This document shows, piece by piece, positions 61,283-61,876 of a stretch of DNA of 61,876 nucleotides (positions are counted from its first letter, which is position 1; each line of letters starts with the position of its first letter). The notes under the pieces are model-generated. The model was given only the letters and a program-made list of their open reading frames with translations, was not told where the DNA came from and searched no databases. The position numbers and the translations under genes are program-made. This stretch comes from Lachnospiraceae bacterium (lineage in GTDB: Bacteria > Bacillota > Clostridia > Lachnospirales > Lachnospiraceae), in assembly GCA_051879415.1 (NCBI GenBank), contig JBJELZ010000063.1, positions 1-61,876 of the forward strand, written 5' to 3'.

Positions 61283-61654
61283 ATGATTATGATTATCAGT
61301 GAAAGAATTTTTTATATAATGAAAAAAAGAAAAATGACACAGACAGAGTTATCGAAAAAGACAGGAATATCTACAAGTACGATTTGTGATTGGAAAAGAA
61401 AGAACACAAATCCACAGTCAGATTGCATTATGGCAATCAGTGAAGCTTTAGAGGTATCTCCAGAGCAGCTTCTTACAGGAAGAGGTATTGACCCTGACTA
61501 TAAAAATATGGATGTTGATTGTGAAATTACCAGTGCGGATATTAAAATTTTAAAACAAATTCATAGCTTAGGAGATGATCAATATAGGAGACTGATTGCA
61601 TATCTTAAGGCGTTGCAGAAGCTGGAAGAGATGGAGAGTATGGTGGAGGAATAG
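61283..61654 (+). CDS. XRE-family HTH transcriptional regulator
   Basis: MTQTELSKKTGISTSTICDWK...P...I.EALEVSPEQLLTG. Confidence 0.88.
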   Translation: MIMIISERIFYIMKKRKMTQTELSKKTGISTSTICDWKRKNTNPQSDCIMAISEALEVSPEQLLTGRGIDPDYKNMDVDCEITSADIKILKQIHSLGDDQYRRLIAYLKALQKLEEMESMVEE

Positions 61655-61656
61655 AA

Positions 61657-61876
61657 ATGGCAAATAAAATAGTTAGGGAAACCATTCACGCAAAAGGTAT
61701 TGATATTGGAATTTACACGAACGATTTTGAGAATGAATATATTTCATTGACAGACATTGCGAAATACAGAAATGATAATGATCCAAGATTTGTTATTCAG
61801 AATTGGATGAGAAACAGAAACACAGTTGAGTTTTTAGCAGTTTGGGAAGAACTTCATAATCCGGATTTTAACCGTG
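61657..61876 (+). CDS. KilA-N domain protein, runs off the window end; not in the ORF track
   Basis: GGAGG RBS; translation MANKIVRETIHAKG...EYISLTDIAKYR...VIQNWMRNRNTVEFLAVWEELHNPDFNR. Confidence 0.8.
   Translation, partial: MANKIVRETIHAKGIDIGIYTNDFENEYISLTDIAKYRNDNDPRFVIQNWMRNRNTVEFLAVWEELHNPDFNR

Overview
A gene-dense chromosomal segment from a low/moderate-GC Firmicute. Gene content and style suggest a motile, probably spore-forming Lachnospiraceae/Clostridia member, but this is inference. It carries housekeeping, transport and signalling genes: an OFA-type MFS, two DegV proteins, an RND pump with its MFP, Cu/Zn SOD, an RlmI-like methyltransferase, CysK, cation antiporters, a GH5-CBM2 cellulase, TrkA, glycosyltransferases, two hybrid histidine kinases, an MCP, two c-di-GMP enzymes, a complete beta-glucoside PTS locus with its own HPr/EI, sortase B and an SDR. 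No rRNA, tRNA, CRISPR array or intact IS transposase was seen. The main signal is non-coding: four dispersed copies of a ~214-bp intergenic element (12073, 30439, 44781, 47371). The copies share a conserved core, while their arms differ in sequence but stay self-complementary, so each is predicted to fold into one long rod-like hairpin. Three of the four lie in sense orientation in apparent 5' leaders. Not in the ORF track, I found a complete Fst/Ldr-like type I toxin-antitoxin locus (34200-34487), a 33-aa ORF ahead of the cellulase and a second nested inverted-repeat element (23336-23477). An Rpn-family nuclease has a likely internal antitoxin start. All assignments were made by eye from motifs and recalled family features; no searches or folding programs were run.
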